From IMG/VR virus record IMGVR_UViG_3300000062_000005: DNA of 64,000 bases, one strand, 5' to 3'. Origin of the DNA: a virus. Below, piece by piece: positions 45,504 through 55,673 of this stretch (the first letter of the stretch is position 1; each line of letters begins with the position of its first letter). Both the position numbers and the translations under genes were made by a program. The notes beneath the pieces are model-generated. The model did not search any database. It had not been told where the DNA came from and saw nothing but the letters and a program-made list of their open reading frames with translations.

Positions 45504-47513
45504 ATGACCACAGTTAGAGAAGCTCTCCAAGCCATTGATAGAAACTGTGATGGAGCTGTAACACACGATGGAGTAGGATTCAATGGAGTAGACACAGGAT
45601 TTGCTAAGGCAATTCTGGAGAAGCCTTACTGGACACCAAAAATGGAAGCTGCAGCCCATAAGTTGCTCAAGAAATATTCCAAGCAGCTAGCTGACAAAGA
45701 AATTAACTATGAGGACATCCAATTCGTGGAAGTTCCAAGGATTAGTGAAAGATTCGTCAACCTCTCTTTTAATGGTACCAACTTTGAAATTCAAAATTCA
45801 TTCGATGAAAAAGACTTTGTAAAAAGTATCAAGGCTCACGGACGCAAATGGGACCCTGATAAGAAAGTATGGAATATCAAACCCACAGAGCTGTTCATGT
45901 CTGAAATAATGCTCTACAAGGATAAATTCACTTCTATCAGCCAAGAAGCTCGAGACAAACTGAATGAGCTATACAAAATCTCCAAAACTCCGTACGTAAA
46001 TCCTAAGGCCCCTCCCGAGCCCCATAAGTCCGTAGCTGGCCCCTCTGTGGCCACTGCAGATTTATCAGCTGTAAAATCCTACGTTAAAACTCCTTATTTT
46101 ACCCACCAGAGAATGGCTTTTGAACAATCCATTAACAATCCGAATTATGGATATTTCATGGAACAGGGAACCGGAAAAACTCTTCCTGCTATCGGGCTCA
46201 TCGGCTACAGGGCTGAACACAACAATGTTAAAAGGGTTCTCATTGTAGCTCCCCTCTCTGTATTATCAGAATGGGAACGTCAAATATCAGAACACGCTGA
46301 TTATGAAACCGAGGTAACAATCTTGGCCGGAGAGACTGTAGCTAATAGAAAAGACTATTTAACACACATCTCAGACTCTGAGAAATTAGAGATAATCCTC
46401 CTGAACTACGATGTAGTCAAGAAGATGGAAGAGTCTATTTCCAAGTGGAGCCCTGATATGATCATCTGTGATGAATCCCAGAAAATCAAAAATGGAAGAG
46501 CCCAACAATCTAAATCTATAGCTTCTCTAGGAAAGAAAACATCTTACAAGCTTATCCTGACAGGAACTCCCATCACCCAAGGTCCCCTAGATATCTGGTC
46601 ACAATACAGATTTCTGGATAGTTCCATTTTCGGGAATAGCTTCGTAAAATTCCGGGACAGATATGCTGTGATGGGAGGCTATATGGGAAAACAGGTCATA
46701 GCTACCAAGACAGTTCCCACAGTTCTTGGAAAGCCCAATAGATACTATGATGAAGTTCTGTCAGAGGAATTCACCAGAAAGATGTACTCTGTGGCCTGCA
46801 GAGTTACTAAAGAAGAAGCCATAGATCTTCCGGAGGCAGTCTCTTCCTATAGATTCGCTAAACTAGAACCTAAAGCTATGAAGATGTACCAAAAAATGGA
46901 AAAGGATGCAATTTTAACTCTGGGAGAAGACTCTAGGGTATCTGCTCCCATAGTATTAACCCAGTTACTCAGGCTCCAGCAAATCTGTGGGGGCTTCGTT
47001 AGACCTGACGAGTCAGAGGAATACCTGCAGGTTAGTTCTGCAAAGCTGGAGGTCATGAGAGAAATATTCGAAAATAACCAAGATAAGATGGTAATATTTG
47101 CTAAGTTTATCCCAGAAATTGAGGCCATCTCAAAAATGGCTACCGAGATGGGCATATCACACCATACACTTACAGGAAAGACCAAGAACAGAGGTCAGGT
47201 TATTAAGGAATTCCAGAATGACTCTGACATCCAGCTGTTCATCGCACAGATTCAAACAGGGGGGGTAGGCATTACTCTCACCGCTGCCCCCACTGTGGTA
47301 TTCTTTTCCACAGGATATTCCCTAATTGATTACGAACAGGCTAAGGCTAGAGTCCACAGAATTGGGCAGAACCAAAAGGTAAATTACATACATATTATGT
47401 CTGAAGGTACTGTAGACGTAGATATTATCAAAGAGTTAGCTAGAAAACAAGATATCGCCACGATGTCTGTTGATATTCTTAAAACAAGAATTTTTAAGGA
47501 GGAAGCATTATGA
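45504..47513 (+). CDS. SNF2-family (SF2) helicase with N-terminal accessory domains
   Basis: MEQGTGKT, DESQ, LTGTP, GGVGITL and QAKARVHRIGQ; HARP-like RKWDPDKKVWNI segment. Confidence 0.9.
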   Translation: MTTVREALQAIDRNCDGAVTHDGVGFNGVDTGFAKAILEKPYWTPKMEAAAHKLLKKYSKQLADKEINYEDIQFVEVPRISERFVNLSFNGTNFEIQNSFDEKDFVKSIKAHGRKWDPDKKVWNIKPTELFMSEIMLYKDKFTSISQEARDKLNELYKISKTPYVNPKAPPEPHKSVAGPSVATADLSAVKSYVKTPYFTHQRMAFEQSINNPNYGYFMEQGTGKTLPAIGLIGYRAEHNNVKRVLIVAPLSVLSEWERQISEHADYETEVTILAGETVANRKDYLTHISDSEKLEIILLNYDVVKKMEESISKWSPDMIICDESQKIKNGRAQQSKSIASLGKKTSYKLILTGTPITQGPLDIWSQYRFLDSSIFGNSFVKFRDRYAVMGGYMGKQVIATKTVPTVLGKPNRYYDEVLSEEFTRKMYSVACRVTKEEAIDLPEAVSSYRFAKLEPKAMKMYQKMEKDAILTLGEDSRVSAPIVLTQLLRLQQICGGFVRPDESEEYLQVSSAKLEVMREIFENNQDKMVIFAKFIPEIEAISKMATEMGISHHTLTGKTKNRGQVIKEFQNDSDIQLFIAQIQTGGVGITLTAAPTVVFFSTGYSLIDYEQAKARVHRIGQNQKVNYIHIMSEGTVDVDIIKELARKQDIATMSVDILKTRIFKEEAL

Positions 47514-47911
47514 GACTACCTAAGGAAGTGGAAAAAGTTCTAGAGTCCAGACCAAGCAGAGCAAATGGAAAGTCTGACATGGAGGTACAAAGATTGTTAG
47601 CTGCCATTGAAAAGGACTTAGAAGAACATGAGCAAAAAAATAAGAAGGCTACAAGATCTGCGGAGGAGATTATAGCTGCTACAGCAAAGAAGAAAGTGCC
47701 TAAAGAAGAAAGAATTCCTGGGCAGAAAAGAGCTAGGGAAAAAGAATCTAAGCCCGGGATTATAACTTTGCAGGACCTTGGAAAAGAGCTTAAACAAGAT
47801 CCCAAGGAAATGAGAAAGATTCTGAGATCAAAGTTTCCTAAGCCTAGTAGCGGAAGATGGGAATGGGATATTAACGACCCAGTACTAGCAAAAATACGCA
47901 AGGAATTCTAA
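47510..47911 (+). CDS. Basic protein with a C-terminal HTH-like module
   Basis: ITLQDLGKELKQDPKEMRKILR..RWEW. Confidence 0.7.
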   Translation: MRLPKEVEKVLESRPSRANGKSDMEVQRLLAAIEKDLEEHEQKNKKATRSAEEIIAATAKKKVPKEERIPGQKRAREKESKPGIITLQDLGKELKQDPKEMRKILRSKFPKPSSGRWEWDINDPVLAKIRKEF

Positions 47912-47920
47912 GGCAGCTGG

Positions 47921-48016
47921 GGTCAGTTTTAAGAGCTTTTTATATAAATCCATGAAAACATACCAGTACTGGTATAAAAAGCTCTCTATGAACACCCCAG
48001 GACGCTCAAACGTCAA
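47921..48016. repeat. Intergenic element copy C
   Basis: 47921-47940 is the exact reverse complement of 16080-16099; 47928-47964 matches the reverse complement of 27967-28003 at 32/37; bipartite motif at 47977-48015. Confidence 0.8.
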
Positions 48017-48048
48017 TTATATTATTTTTACAAATATCAGTACGCAAT

Positions 48049-48086
48049 AAAAATGAGCCAGTGTAAAATACATCTGGCTCATTTTT
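48049..48086. terminator. Bidirectional intrinsic terminator
   Basis: aaaaatgagccag-N12-ctggctcattttt between convergent operons. Confidence 0.8.
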
Positions 48087-48219
48087 TATGTATTAAATTG
48101 GTAATTCCAGCTAGAGGTCCTTTATTGGCGTTTTAAGAGCTTTTTACGCTGACTAATATGTTTCCATAGGCAGGGTTGTAAAAAGTCCACAGTGAGCCTG
48201 CAGGAGATTTCATACTGGA

Positions 48220-48402
48220 TTATTTGTATTTTGCATGTTCCATACTTGTTTCTTTGGTCCATTCACAAGCATGCTTACGATTTTCAAACAGAAAATGCAA
48301 AACTTCTTCTGTTTTATAATTAAGACGTTTTTGGGCTTTCTCTTGGCTTACCAGACGTTCAATTTCATCGTCTAGCATCTCAATGTATCTATGCATATGC
48401 AC
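48220..48402 (-). CDS. Small hypothetical protein
   Basis: 60 aa, AAGGAG RBS. Confidence 0.6.
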   Translation of the reverse strand: MHMHRYIEMLDDEIERLVSQEKAQKRLNYKTEEVLHFLFENRKHACEWTKETSMEHAKYK

Positions 48403-48414
48403 TCTCCTTTGAGA

Positions 48415-48786
48415 TTATTCCTCTTCCTCTGTTTCCACAGTCGGTGCCTCTGACATAATACACTTATAAAGCTTGTCAAAATCCTTCTCACCAAGTTCAA
48501 AAGTTCCTAGAAGGGGGACTTCCATGGATACTTTTCCATATTTTTGACATGACGCTTTGACAGCCTTACGAGCTAGTTCTATGTCAACATTTCCATTGCT
48601 ATCCACTAACTGGAGTGTCCCAACTAGCGGAATGTCAGTGATAGTTTTGATTAGTTCTGGAAGTTTTCCTTGAGCTACAAACACAATGGCTCCAGCTATC
48701 CACCTTTGATTTGTAGGAAGAGCAGGAAGCATCTCTGTGTCAACAAATTTCACTAATCCTGCCGTTAATTGGGTCATGGGAATCAT
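48415..48786 (-). CDS. Hypothetical protein
   Basis: 123 aa, AGGAG RBS. Confidence 0.75.
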   Translation of the reverse strand: MIPMTQLTAGLVKFVDTEMLPALPTNQRWIAGAIVFVAQGKLPELIKTITDIPLVGTLQLVDSNGNVDIELARKAVKASCQKYGKVSMEVPLLGTFELGEKDFDKLYKCIMSEAPTVETEEEE

Positions 48787-48815
48787 AAAATCACTCCTGT
48801 TAGCGGATTTTTATC

Positions 48816-49286
48816 TTAGGGCGCAGTAGGCATCGGAGGTTCGCAACAACAACACTCATGAGGCTTACATACCACAAGGCTGTCTCTAATACTTGCCTTA
48901 GGTTGGTGAATATATTGTGCGTTAGCATAGCGTTCAAAATCTGTAAGTCTGACACTATTTACTGCTGCGTATTTCTCAAGCTCACAAACACGATGTGCCA
49001 AATATTCTATCTTATTGTCTGTGTACTTTTCAGAGCGAAGGGTAGCATTTTCAGACAGTAGAGCGTTATTGCGCTGAACCAGTTCAAGCTCGTGCTCTGT
49101 TACTTTATGCCGATACTTTCCACCTCCACAGTCATCTTCATAGTGATGGTGACAGCCATCTCTACCATAACCGTCATAGCCTCCGAACAGGCCTCTTCCG
49201 CCACCAAGAAGACGTCCGAGAGCGTCAAGTCCACCAATGTAACCGCCTACCGCACCTACTCTGTCTGCCGCTGTAAAATTAACCAT
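48816..49286 (-). CDS. Gly/His/Cys-rich coiled-coil protein
   Basis: GGYDGYGRDGCHHHY; ELELVQRNNALLSE..EKYTDNKI; HECCCCEPP. Confidence 0.75.
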   Translation of the reverse strand: MVNFTAADRVGAVGGYIGGLDALGRLLGGGRGLFGGYDGYGRDGCHHHYEDDCGGGKYRHKVTEHELELVQRNNALLSENATLRSEKYTDNKIEYLAHRVCELEKYAAVNSVRLTDFERYANAQYIHQPKASIRDSLVVCKPHECCCCEPPMPTAP

Positions 49287-49373
49287 GATTATACCTCCAT
49301 AATAAATTTATTTGCCGGGATTTAGCTTAATACAATCATAAGCATCACTCCCTTTATTAAATTTATTTTGAGA

Positions 49374-49685
49374 TTAAGAAGATACTTTCTTAATGGCTCC
49401 TCCCAAAAGGTCTATAAGATCATAAACATAGTTAGCTCCACGGCTTATTAGTATACCTGTGAGAACACATCCGATATAGGGTACAGAAGATACCATATCA
49501 AACATGCTAAAGATATCTAGCTGATAAGCCACAGCCACCAGCACCCCTAGGATAATTCCTACAAGCATCTGCCATTGAAATTTGCCATCGCTAATGAAGG
49601 TCTTAATGTAGGTGACGATACCTTCAATAACTATTGCTGCGCATACAATTCCCATTTTCCATTCTCCTTTTATTTTGTATTTCAA
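49374..49685 (-). CDS. Holin-like membrane protein (probable start 49655)
   Basis: About three TM helices; TGILISRGANYVYDL motif. Confidence 0.7.
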   Translation of the reverse strand: MKYKIKGEWKMGIVCAAIVIEGIVTYIKTFISDGKFQWQMLVGIILGVLVAVAYQLDIFSMFDMVSSVPYIGCVLTGILISRGANYVYDLIDLLGGAIKKVSS

Positions 49686-49716
49686 TTTTAGCTATAGCTA
49701 AAGTTGCTTCTTATAA

Positions 49717-50343
49717 TTACCCCCAAGTAAATTGACTCAGTCCCTCATTTGAATAAGTAATTTGATTTACAAGGTCAAACATGAGGGGAGTATTTTCATC
49801 ATCTATGACAGGAACTAGGTCTCTGACAAGGATATTATCAGTGTAGGCTTTGAAGCCAAAGAGTCTAAAAGTCCCTCTTTCAGTGATATTTCCATTCAAA
49901 TTTGCTCCGAATAGATACAGAGGGAGACCTGTTATAGTAACACCGTTGAAGGTTGCAGTGCGTACTAGTCCATTAAAATCTGTGGTAACTTGGCGATTTG
50001 GCTCGTCTACTTCCATAGAATATCTGAAACGTTCTCCCATAATATGTGTCTGGGATAAAACTCCGGTGCTTGTACCAATCCACAGTCCATGAGTCAGTCC
50101 AGAATTAAAATACATATTTCCAAATCGTCTAACGGAAGGACTATCACTTCTGATTCCAAACATAGTGGTTGCCTGATTGGTAGATGTTGGTAATAACATA
50201 TCAACATCTACCCGATGGATGCCACTTGTTTCTACCATTCCGATGTCTAGGTATTGGCCTCTGTCGGACTGAATCCAATTTATTCGTCGATATTGCTCTG
50301 GAAGTTGTTCTCTTCCAAAGAGTAGAGCCCTAAAACTACTCAC
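49717..50343 (-). CDS. Tail-associated ConA/LamG-like protein
   Basis: LPEQYRRINWIQSDRGQYLDIG...LYLFGAN...VRDLVPV..MFDLVN pattern. Confidence 0.55.
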   Translation of the reverse strand: MSSFRALLFGREQLPEQYRRINWIQSDRGQYLDIGMVETSGIHRVDVDMLLPTSTNQATTMFGIRSDSPSVRRFGNMYFNSGLTHGLWIGTSTGVLSQTHIMGERFRYSMEVDEPNRQVTTDFNGLVRTATFNGVTITGLPLYLFGANLNGNITERGTFRLFGFKAYTDNILVRDLVPVIDDENTPLMFDLVNQITYSNEGLSQFTWG

Positions 50344-52115
50344 TTCATGAACCTCCCATAAGCCACTAACCCATGCTTAATTGCTATTACATAACGCATA
50401 TTGGCAGCAACAATCAGTGGTGTTCCATTCAGCCATCGAGTTCCTGGGGGGGTGATGATTGTAGGGACAATTGTTCCAGTTGTAAACTCAATGATTGATT
50501 CGTCTAAAAACAATGGAATATCACTAATAGTGAGTGAAGATATGTCAACGATACAGTTGTAATATCTATTAGGCTGAAGGATAGGTATCAACACTACTTC
50601 ACTATCCACAATGACTTCGGACATTAATATTCCTTCTGGACCTTGAGGACCTACCGGTCCCATGGGGCCTTCTGGGCCTTGGATTCCAGGAGACCCAGGA
50701 ATACCTTGAGAACCTCCAGGACCCTGTACTCCCTGTATACCTTGGGGCCCAGCTGGACCTTGTTCACCCTGCTCACCTTGGATGCCTTGCTCTCCCGGAG
50801 TGCCTTGTGGTCCTATGGGTCCTTGTATTCTTCCAACATTTTTCCAATCTGGAATACTCTCATCCCAAATGAAAAGGTCTCCAGCAACTATATAGCCATC
50901 TCCTAGGTTTCCAGTGGGGTGAGCGGCCCTCAAGTCTGATTCTGTAGCATACGAACCCAGTATTATGATGGAAGTGCCATCTTGCCCATCTGCTCCTGAT
51001 GGTCCTGGAACTCCTTGAATGCCCTGAGTTCCTTGTATACCTTGAGGACCTATAGGGCCCTCAGGTCCAGTAATTCCTTGGGGTCCTGTTAAACCAGTGG
51101 GACCAATAGTTCCCGGAGAACCTTGAACCCCAGGTATTCCTTGTGCACCCGGAGAACCTTGAACCCCAGGTATTCCTTGTGGCCCTACTAACCCTTGTAT
51201 GCCCTGAGGTCCTGCAGGTCCATCCTGACCTTGAAGGCCTCTAGCATATGTTGTGTTCGACCATTCACGACCGTTCCAAGTCCAAATTTCCTCTGTATCT
51301 TGAACAAAATAAGTATCTCCAATATCTGCAGTTGTTGGCAAATCCGCAAAAGAGGGAAGTTCTCCCAAGTAGGTCATTCCAACTCCTGGAGGACCCTCAA
51401 CCCCTTGAGGGCCAATCGGTCCTTGAATGCCTTGAATACCAGTAGGACCTGTCGCACCCTGTGGGCCAGTATCACCCTGGGGACCCTCTACACCCATAAG
51501 GCCGGTAGGACCCATAATGTCGATGGGAGCAGGATTAGGAAGGCCCCCGTTGTTGGACCATGAAATAATACCTAAATGAGATACATCGGGAATAAATATT
51601 GTATCAGAGCCTCTCCCAGAAACTATTTCTTTATAAATACTATCTCTCATAGACCAGTACTGTATTGTATTATTTTCAGTTTCTGACAGTAAGTCTATTT
51701 TGTCATCTTCTGTCCGAATAAAAGTATTGGGAGGAATGGGGGGGGTTGGGCTATCAGGACTCTCAAACCTACGCATACTAAAAGAACACTCATTGGAAAT
51801 TTCCACAAAGGGGATATTGGGATAGTCTATATGCTTGAACACCACAGCAAACTTTATCATAGAATATTGGGTCAAAGCATCATCCAAGATATATTCATCG
51901 CTAGTCATGGCAGCAGAGAAAATATCAATAGAGCCATCTGACTTTACACAGTGTAATACCAAAGACATTGATTTATCCTCATACTTCTTAGGTATGTCAA
52001 ATTTTAACATTCTAGCACTATCATCAGTCTGGGTAGAAATTATTCCCAGATTGCTAGGAATTCGCATCAAGTTGACATCACTAGACTCTGTGATGAAAAT
52101 TTTTGTGACATTCAT
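50340..52115 (-). CDS. Collagen-repeat tail fibre/baseplate protein (full copy)
   Basis: Three blocks of G-X-Y repeats separated by short globular inserts; BppU-like N-terminus. Confidence 0.85.
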   Translation of the reverse strand: MNVTKIFITESSDVNLMRIPSNLGIISTQTDDSARMLKFDIPKKYEDKSMSLVLHCVKSDGSIDIFSAAMTSDEYILDDALTQYSMIKFAVVFKHIDYPNIPFVEISNECSFSMRRFESPDSPTPPIPPNTFIRTEDDKIDLLSETENNTIQYWSMRDSIYKEIVSGRGSDTIFIPDVSHLGIISWSNNGGLPNPAPIDIMGPTGLMGVEGPQGDTGPQGATGPTGIQGIQGPIGPQGVEGPPGVGMTYLGELPSFADLPTTADIGDTYFVQDTEEIWTWNGREWSNTTYARGLQGQDGPAGPQGIQGLVGPQGIPGVQGSPGAQGIPGVQGSPGTIGPTGLTGPQGITGPEGPIGPQGIQGTQGIQGVPGPSGADGQDGTSIIILGSYATESDLRAAHPTGNLGDGYIVAGDLFIWDESIPDWKNVGRIQGPIGPQGTPGEQGIQGEQGEQGPAGPQGIQGVQGPGGSQGIPGSPGIQGPEGPMGPVGPQGPEGILMSEVIVDSEVVLIPILQPNRYYNCIVDISSLTISDIPLFLDESIIEFTTGTIVPTIITPPGTRWLNGTPLIVAANMRYVIAIKHGLVAYGRFMK

Positions 52116-52133
52116 GTTACCCCTCCTTTATTT

Positions 52134-52424
52134 TCAATTTTTTCCGTTCATTGAATCAATACGATGATGAGCCTGTTTCGCAGAGGCTTCTACCTTTGTC
52201 ATTCGCTCCGCAATGTCTAGGTATTTCTCGTCCTGCGCCTCCTGCTTGCGCTTGATATCGTCAATGCCAGATTTTACATAACCAAGCTCTGTTAATACAA
52301 CAGCTTCTTCTTTTGCCTTCTCTCGCAATTCTTTATCGCGTGTGCGTTGGGCACCTACAAGTCCGACTACCACACCGATGAGTGAACAGGCTATTCCAAT
52401 CATCACAGTGAGTTCAACCGCCAT
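52134..52424 (-). CDS. Holin/XhlA-like protein (copy 2)
   Basis: Identical to 1556-1846. Confidence 0.65.
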   Translation of the reverse strand: MAVELTVMIGIACSLIGVVVGLVGAQRTRDKELREKAKEEAVVLTELGYVKSGIDDIKRKQEAQDEKYLDIAERMTKVEASAKQAHHRIDSMNGKN

Positions 52425-53142
52425 CCTCTGTCTTCCCTTCTTTCAACTTCTCCCACACTCTGTTGTTCATAACTGCAGCTTCCTGTCTAGTTATGAACCT
52501 TTGTGGCGCTGTTCCATCAGTTATACCGTTATTCTTTGCTTGCTCAAACTCTTGCAATTTCATATCCCATTCTAATATACCTTTTTCAGACAATTCGCTT
52601 TGATATTGCATCATATATTCTTTGAATTTCTCATAGCTCATCTTGGGTTCCTCTAATCCTTCCTTAAACGTCTCCCACAGGCTCTCATCTTGCACCCACG
52701 GCCTCGGACACTCTTTGCCGGTCACATCATAGTGCCGCACGATATGGGCCGTGTCGATGCCATACTGCGCCATCAGAAGCTTTACCAAATCCGCAGCACG
52801 GGCAACCACCTCTGGCTTGATATAATAGCTTCCGTCTGCGTTCTTCCGGCTGCACATTTCAATGCCGATGCTGTTTACGTTTCTGCAATCGGGATGCTTG
52901 TATTTTCCGTCTGTGCGCCCGCAGTGATAGGCGATGTCCTTGTCTTTTACCGACTGCCAGACGCTAGTTTCATCTACAAAATAGTGGGCGCTGGTCAGCA
53001 GCTTCGGGCGGGCAAAATAATTGCAGTTACCCAAAGCCGTGTCGCCGTCATTTCCGGTATAGTGCATCACGAGATAAAGGATTTTGCGATTGCTGCCGAC
53101 TTTGAAATTGTCCGCATGACACGGCATGAATCCGTCAATCAT
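52414..53142 (-). CDS. Endolysin amidase (copy 2)
   Basis: Identical to 1836-2564. Confidence 0.93.
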   Translation of the reverse strand: MIDGFMPCHADNFKVGSNRKILYLVMHYTGNDGDTALGNCNYFARPKLLTSAHYFVDETSVWQSVKDKDIAYHCGRTDGKYKHPDCRNVNSIGIEMCSRKNADGSYYIKPEVVARAADLVKLLMAQYGIDTAHIVRHYDVTGKECPRPWVQDESLWETFKEGLEEPKMSYEKFKEYMMQYQSELSEKGILEWDMKLQEFEQAKNNGITDGTAPQRFITRQEAAVMNNRVWEKLKEGKTEDGG

Positions 53143-53825
53143 CCTCTAACCACCTTAACGTCTGTTACAATTTCCCACCAATCAGAGCCCTCCAAGGGTA
53201 CCCTGACATTTCCTTTATTGTGAGGTCGTTTACATCTCCAAATATAACCTGTGTGTGATACCTTGTCATTTTCCTCGAATGGATGGTTAGTTTCACAATC
53301 TAACCAGACTAAAATCACTTCTTCCTCCACAGGTAATAGCTCCCATCTGTCTGGGTGCGTTTCAGGTGATTGGTCTTTATTATATGTAAGTGATTTATAC
53401 TTTTCTCCCTTGAAAGTCATTACATCACCCTCAATATAACGCTTCGTAGGGTCGTATTCTGCTTTTGGGTCTGGCCTAACAGAGATTCCTAAATCTCTTA
53501 ATTCTTGTTCATGTGCATTGTCTTGGGACTTTATGAGTTCTTCTAGCTTCTCTATTTCCCCCTGTGCAACCTTTAACTCTTCTTCCAGTGGAGAAGGTTT
53601 TTCAAGTACGAGAGCAAACTCTCCCTCAACCTGTAAGTTCTTGGTTAAGACTATTTTTCTAGTCCACCCTACCAAATTTTCCACAGGAGCCCCCACATTC
53701 GTAGTCACTATTAAAGATTCAGTGTTCATGGTGAGCAAGGCTTCTTCTGTGGCATTAGTGAATGCGATTGTAAGTCTGTCACCAGTTACAAAATAGTCTG
53801 TAGCCACAATGTCATTTATAAACAT
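53139..53825 (-). CDS. Tail-associated CBM-like protein (copy 2)
   Basis: Identical to 2561-3247. Confidence 0.55.
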   Translation of the reverse strand: MFINDIVATDYFVTGDRLTIAFTNATEEALLTMNTESLIVTTNVGAPVENLVGWTRKIVLTKNLQVEGEFALVLEKPSPLEEELKVAQGEIEKLEELIKSQDNAHEQELRDLGISVRPDPKAEYDPTKRYIEGDVMTFKGEKYKSLTYNKDQSPETHPDRWELLPVEEEVILVWLDCETNHPFEENDKVSHTGYIWRCKRPHNKGNVRVPLEGSDWWEIVTDVKVVRG

Positions 53826-55673
53826 CTACTGATCCCTCCCAAATTTTAATCTCATGATACCCCTAGCTAAGCTGGGTCCTCTAGTAAAAATAGTGAAATT
53901 CTTAGAGTTTGTAGCCATAAACCCATATAAATAGGAAGACTTTTTATAAGGTTTTACCCTTATAACTCTGCGTTGTCCCCTAGGAACGACCTCTATCGTT
54001 TCTCTATAGTTACTAATTCCCCAAAAGAAAAGACCATTAGAATTACCGGAGCTAGCCCCGTTAGGAAGCCTTCCCAGGAGAGGCCTTGGGTTAGTTCCAG
54101 CAGTAGACGTAGCAGGGTCTATATATGCGTCAGCAACGTTTAACCATAGTATGGCTTCATTGTCACTTCCCAGAATTACCGGGTTAAATTGATAGGAGTT
54201 AATACCCCTTGCAGTAAGTATCATGCTTGGTGGGGAAATGCGTTGCCCCATCCAATAAACATAATAAGATACTATATTATTTGAACTTACTACTCTTATT
54301 ATTAATCCTCCCCTAGCATTACTGGGTCCTTGGTATACAGAAATTGAGGCCCCATTTGACGATATAGCCAATGTTTGAGTAGTCACCCCGTCCTGGGGAT
54401 TATACAAGGTGTAATATTGAAACTGTCCAGCGGTGTTCTGGAGAACAGCAGTTCCATCAGTAAGTTGGTAAACACTTAATGTTCCAGTCCGAACATTATC
54501 AGAAAGATTTATTGAAATAGAACTTACTGCTATATTAGTCCCTGATTTTATAATAAAGGTAGATATAGGGGCAGAAACATTGGGTTGAAATGTCAGCAGT
54601 ACAAAGTTGTTCTCTAAGTCCACAAATCCGTTGTATCTTCTAGCTGGAGTATGAAGGCTAATACTAGTAGAAACTCCAGAGCTTATGTCATATTTGTAAC
54701 AGACTAGGCTATCAGATAACTCTGGGTACACAAGAACTTCATCATTGTTATTTATAAAAGCATTCCAATTTACTCCCGTAAGGGGGCCTGAAATGACAGT
54801 GGCTACAGTTGCATCAGAAGGACAAACTAAAACCCTTTGGGGAGAACTTTGTAAGACTATTATAATGCTTCCCAAACTATTAACCTTAACAGACGTAATA
54901 GCTTGAGTTCCCACTGCAGTTATATTGATTGTTTCTAATACTCCAAACTTAATCCTAACAACTTTTTTTTCTGCAAGATGGTACAAAATAAAGGCATCAT
55001 CAGCGGCTAAGTAACTATAACCTGTGTAAGCCCCCGGTACTTGAACTAAAGAAGTTCCTCCTGCTGCCAGATACCAAATCTCTGGACCTGCTGCTACATA
55101 AAAATCACCATTAGCTAAGGGATTATATGCCCCTGAGAGTCCAGCAGGTATATTTTCAACCTCAAGCATCTCCTTAGAATTTCCCCGGAGAGCTCCTATA
55201 GCAGGATTATCACTATCTCTTCGAAGTAAAAAGAAATCTTTTGTTGAGGAATAAACAGCTATTGAGCCGGAGCCACTAGTACTAAAAGAATGCTCTGTTA
55301 ATCCAATATCTCCTCTACAAAGGGAAGTCAAAAAAGCGGTTTGAAGCTGTGGGTTTGTCTCTAGTTTTTCTAAGACATTATCATCAATAAACAAGTCATT
55401 TATGTCTGTAAAACTAGTATTCAACACAAAATTAGCCCAATTAAGCATTGCCCTCGCTAAATATCCAAAACCCTCTAATACATCTAACAAATCAGAAGTA
55501 TTTTCATCGAATGACCCAAACACTGTTTGTAAAGCTCCCATGTTGCTAAGAAATTCTTCCGCCGTAATGGGATTATGCATTATATTTCTAAGATTGCCTG
55601 GACCTTTTGACATATTTCCTTTCAAAAGTTGAGTGTATTGCATTACATCTTGATTATTAATTCCTATTGGCAT
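53826..55673 (-). CDS. Putative receptor-binding protein (copy 2)
   Basis: Identical to 3248-5095. Confidence 0.55.
   Translation of the reverse strand: MPIGINNQDVMQYTQLLKGNMSKGPGNLRNIMHNPITAEEFLSNMGALQTVFGSFDENTSDLLDVLEGFGYLARAMLNWANFVLNTSFTDINDLFIDDNVLEKLETNPQLQTAFLTSLCRGDIGLTEHSFSTSGSGSIAVYSSTKDFFLLRRDSDNPAIGALRGNSKEMLEVENIPAGLSGAYNPLANGDFYVAAGPEIWYLAAGGTSLVQVPGAYTGYSYLAADDAFILYHLAEKKVVRIKFGVLETINITAVGTQAITSVKVNSLGSIIIVLQSSPQRVLVCPSDATVATVISGPLTGVNWNAFINNNDEVLVYPELSDSLVCYKYDISSGVSTSISLHTPARRYNGFVDLENNFVLLTFQPNVSAPISTFIIKSGTNIAVSSISINLSDNVRTGTLSVYQLTDGTAVLQNTAGQFQYYTLYNPQDGVTTQTLAISSNGASISVYQGPSNARGGLIIRVVSSNNIVSYYVYWMGQRISPPSMILTARGINSYQFNPVILGSDNEAILWLNVADAYIDPATSTAGTNPRPLLGRLPNGASSGNSNGLFFWGISNYRETIEVVPRGQRRVIRVKPYKKSSYLYGFMATNSKNFTIFTRGPSLARGIMRLKFGRDQ

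Noticed and set aside
1-50578. Alternative genetic code (stop-codon reassignment)
   Set aside because: Genes are full length and densely packed under the standard code; the only break (thyX) is a frameshift, not an in-frame stop.
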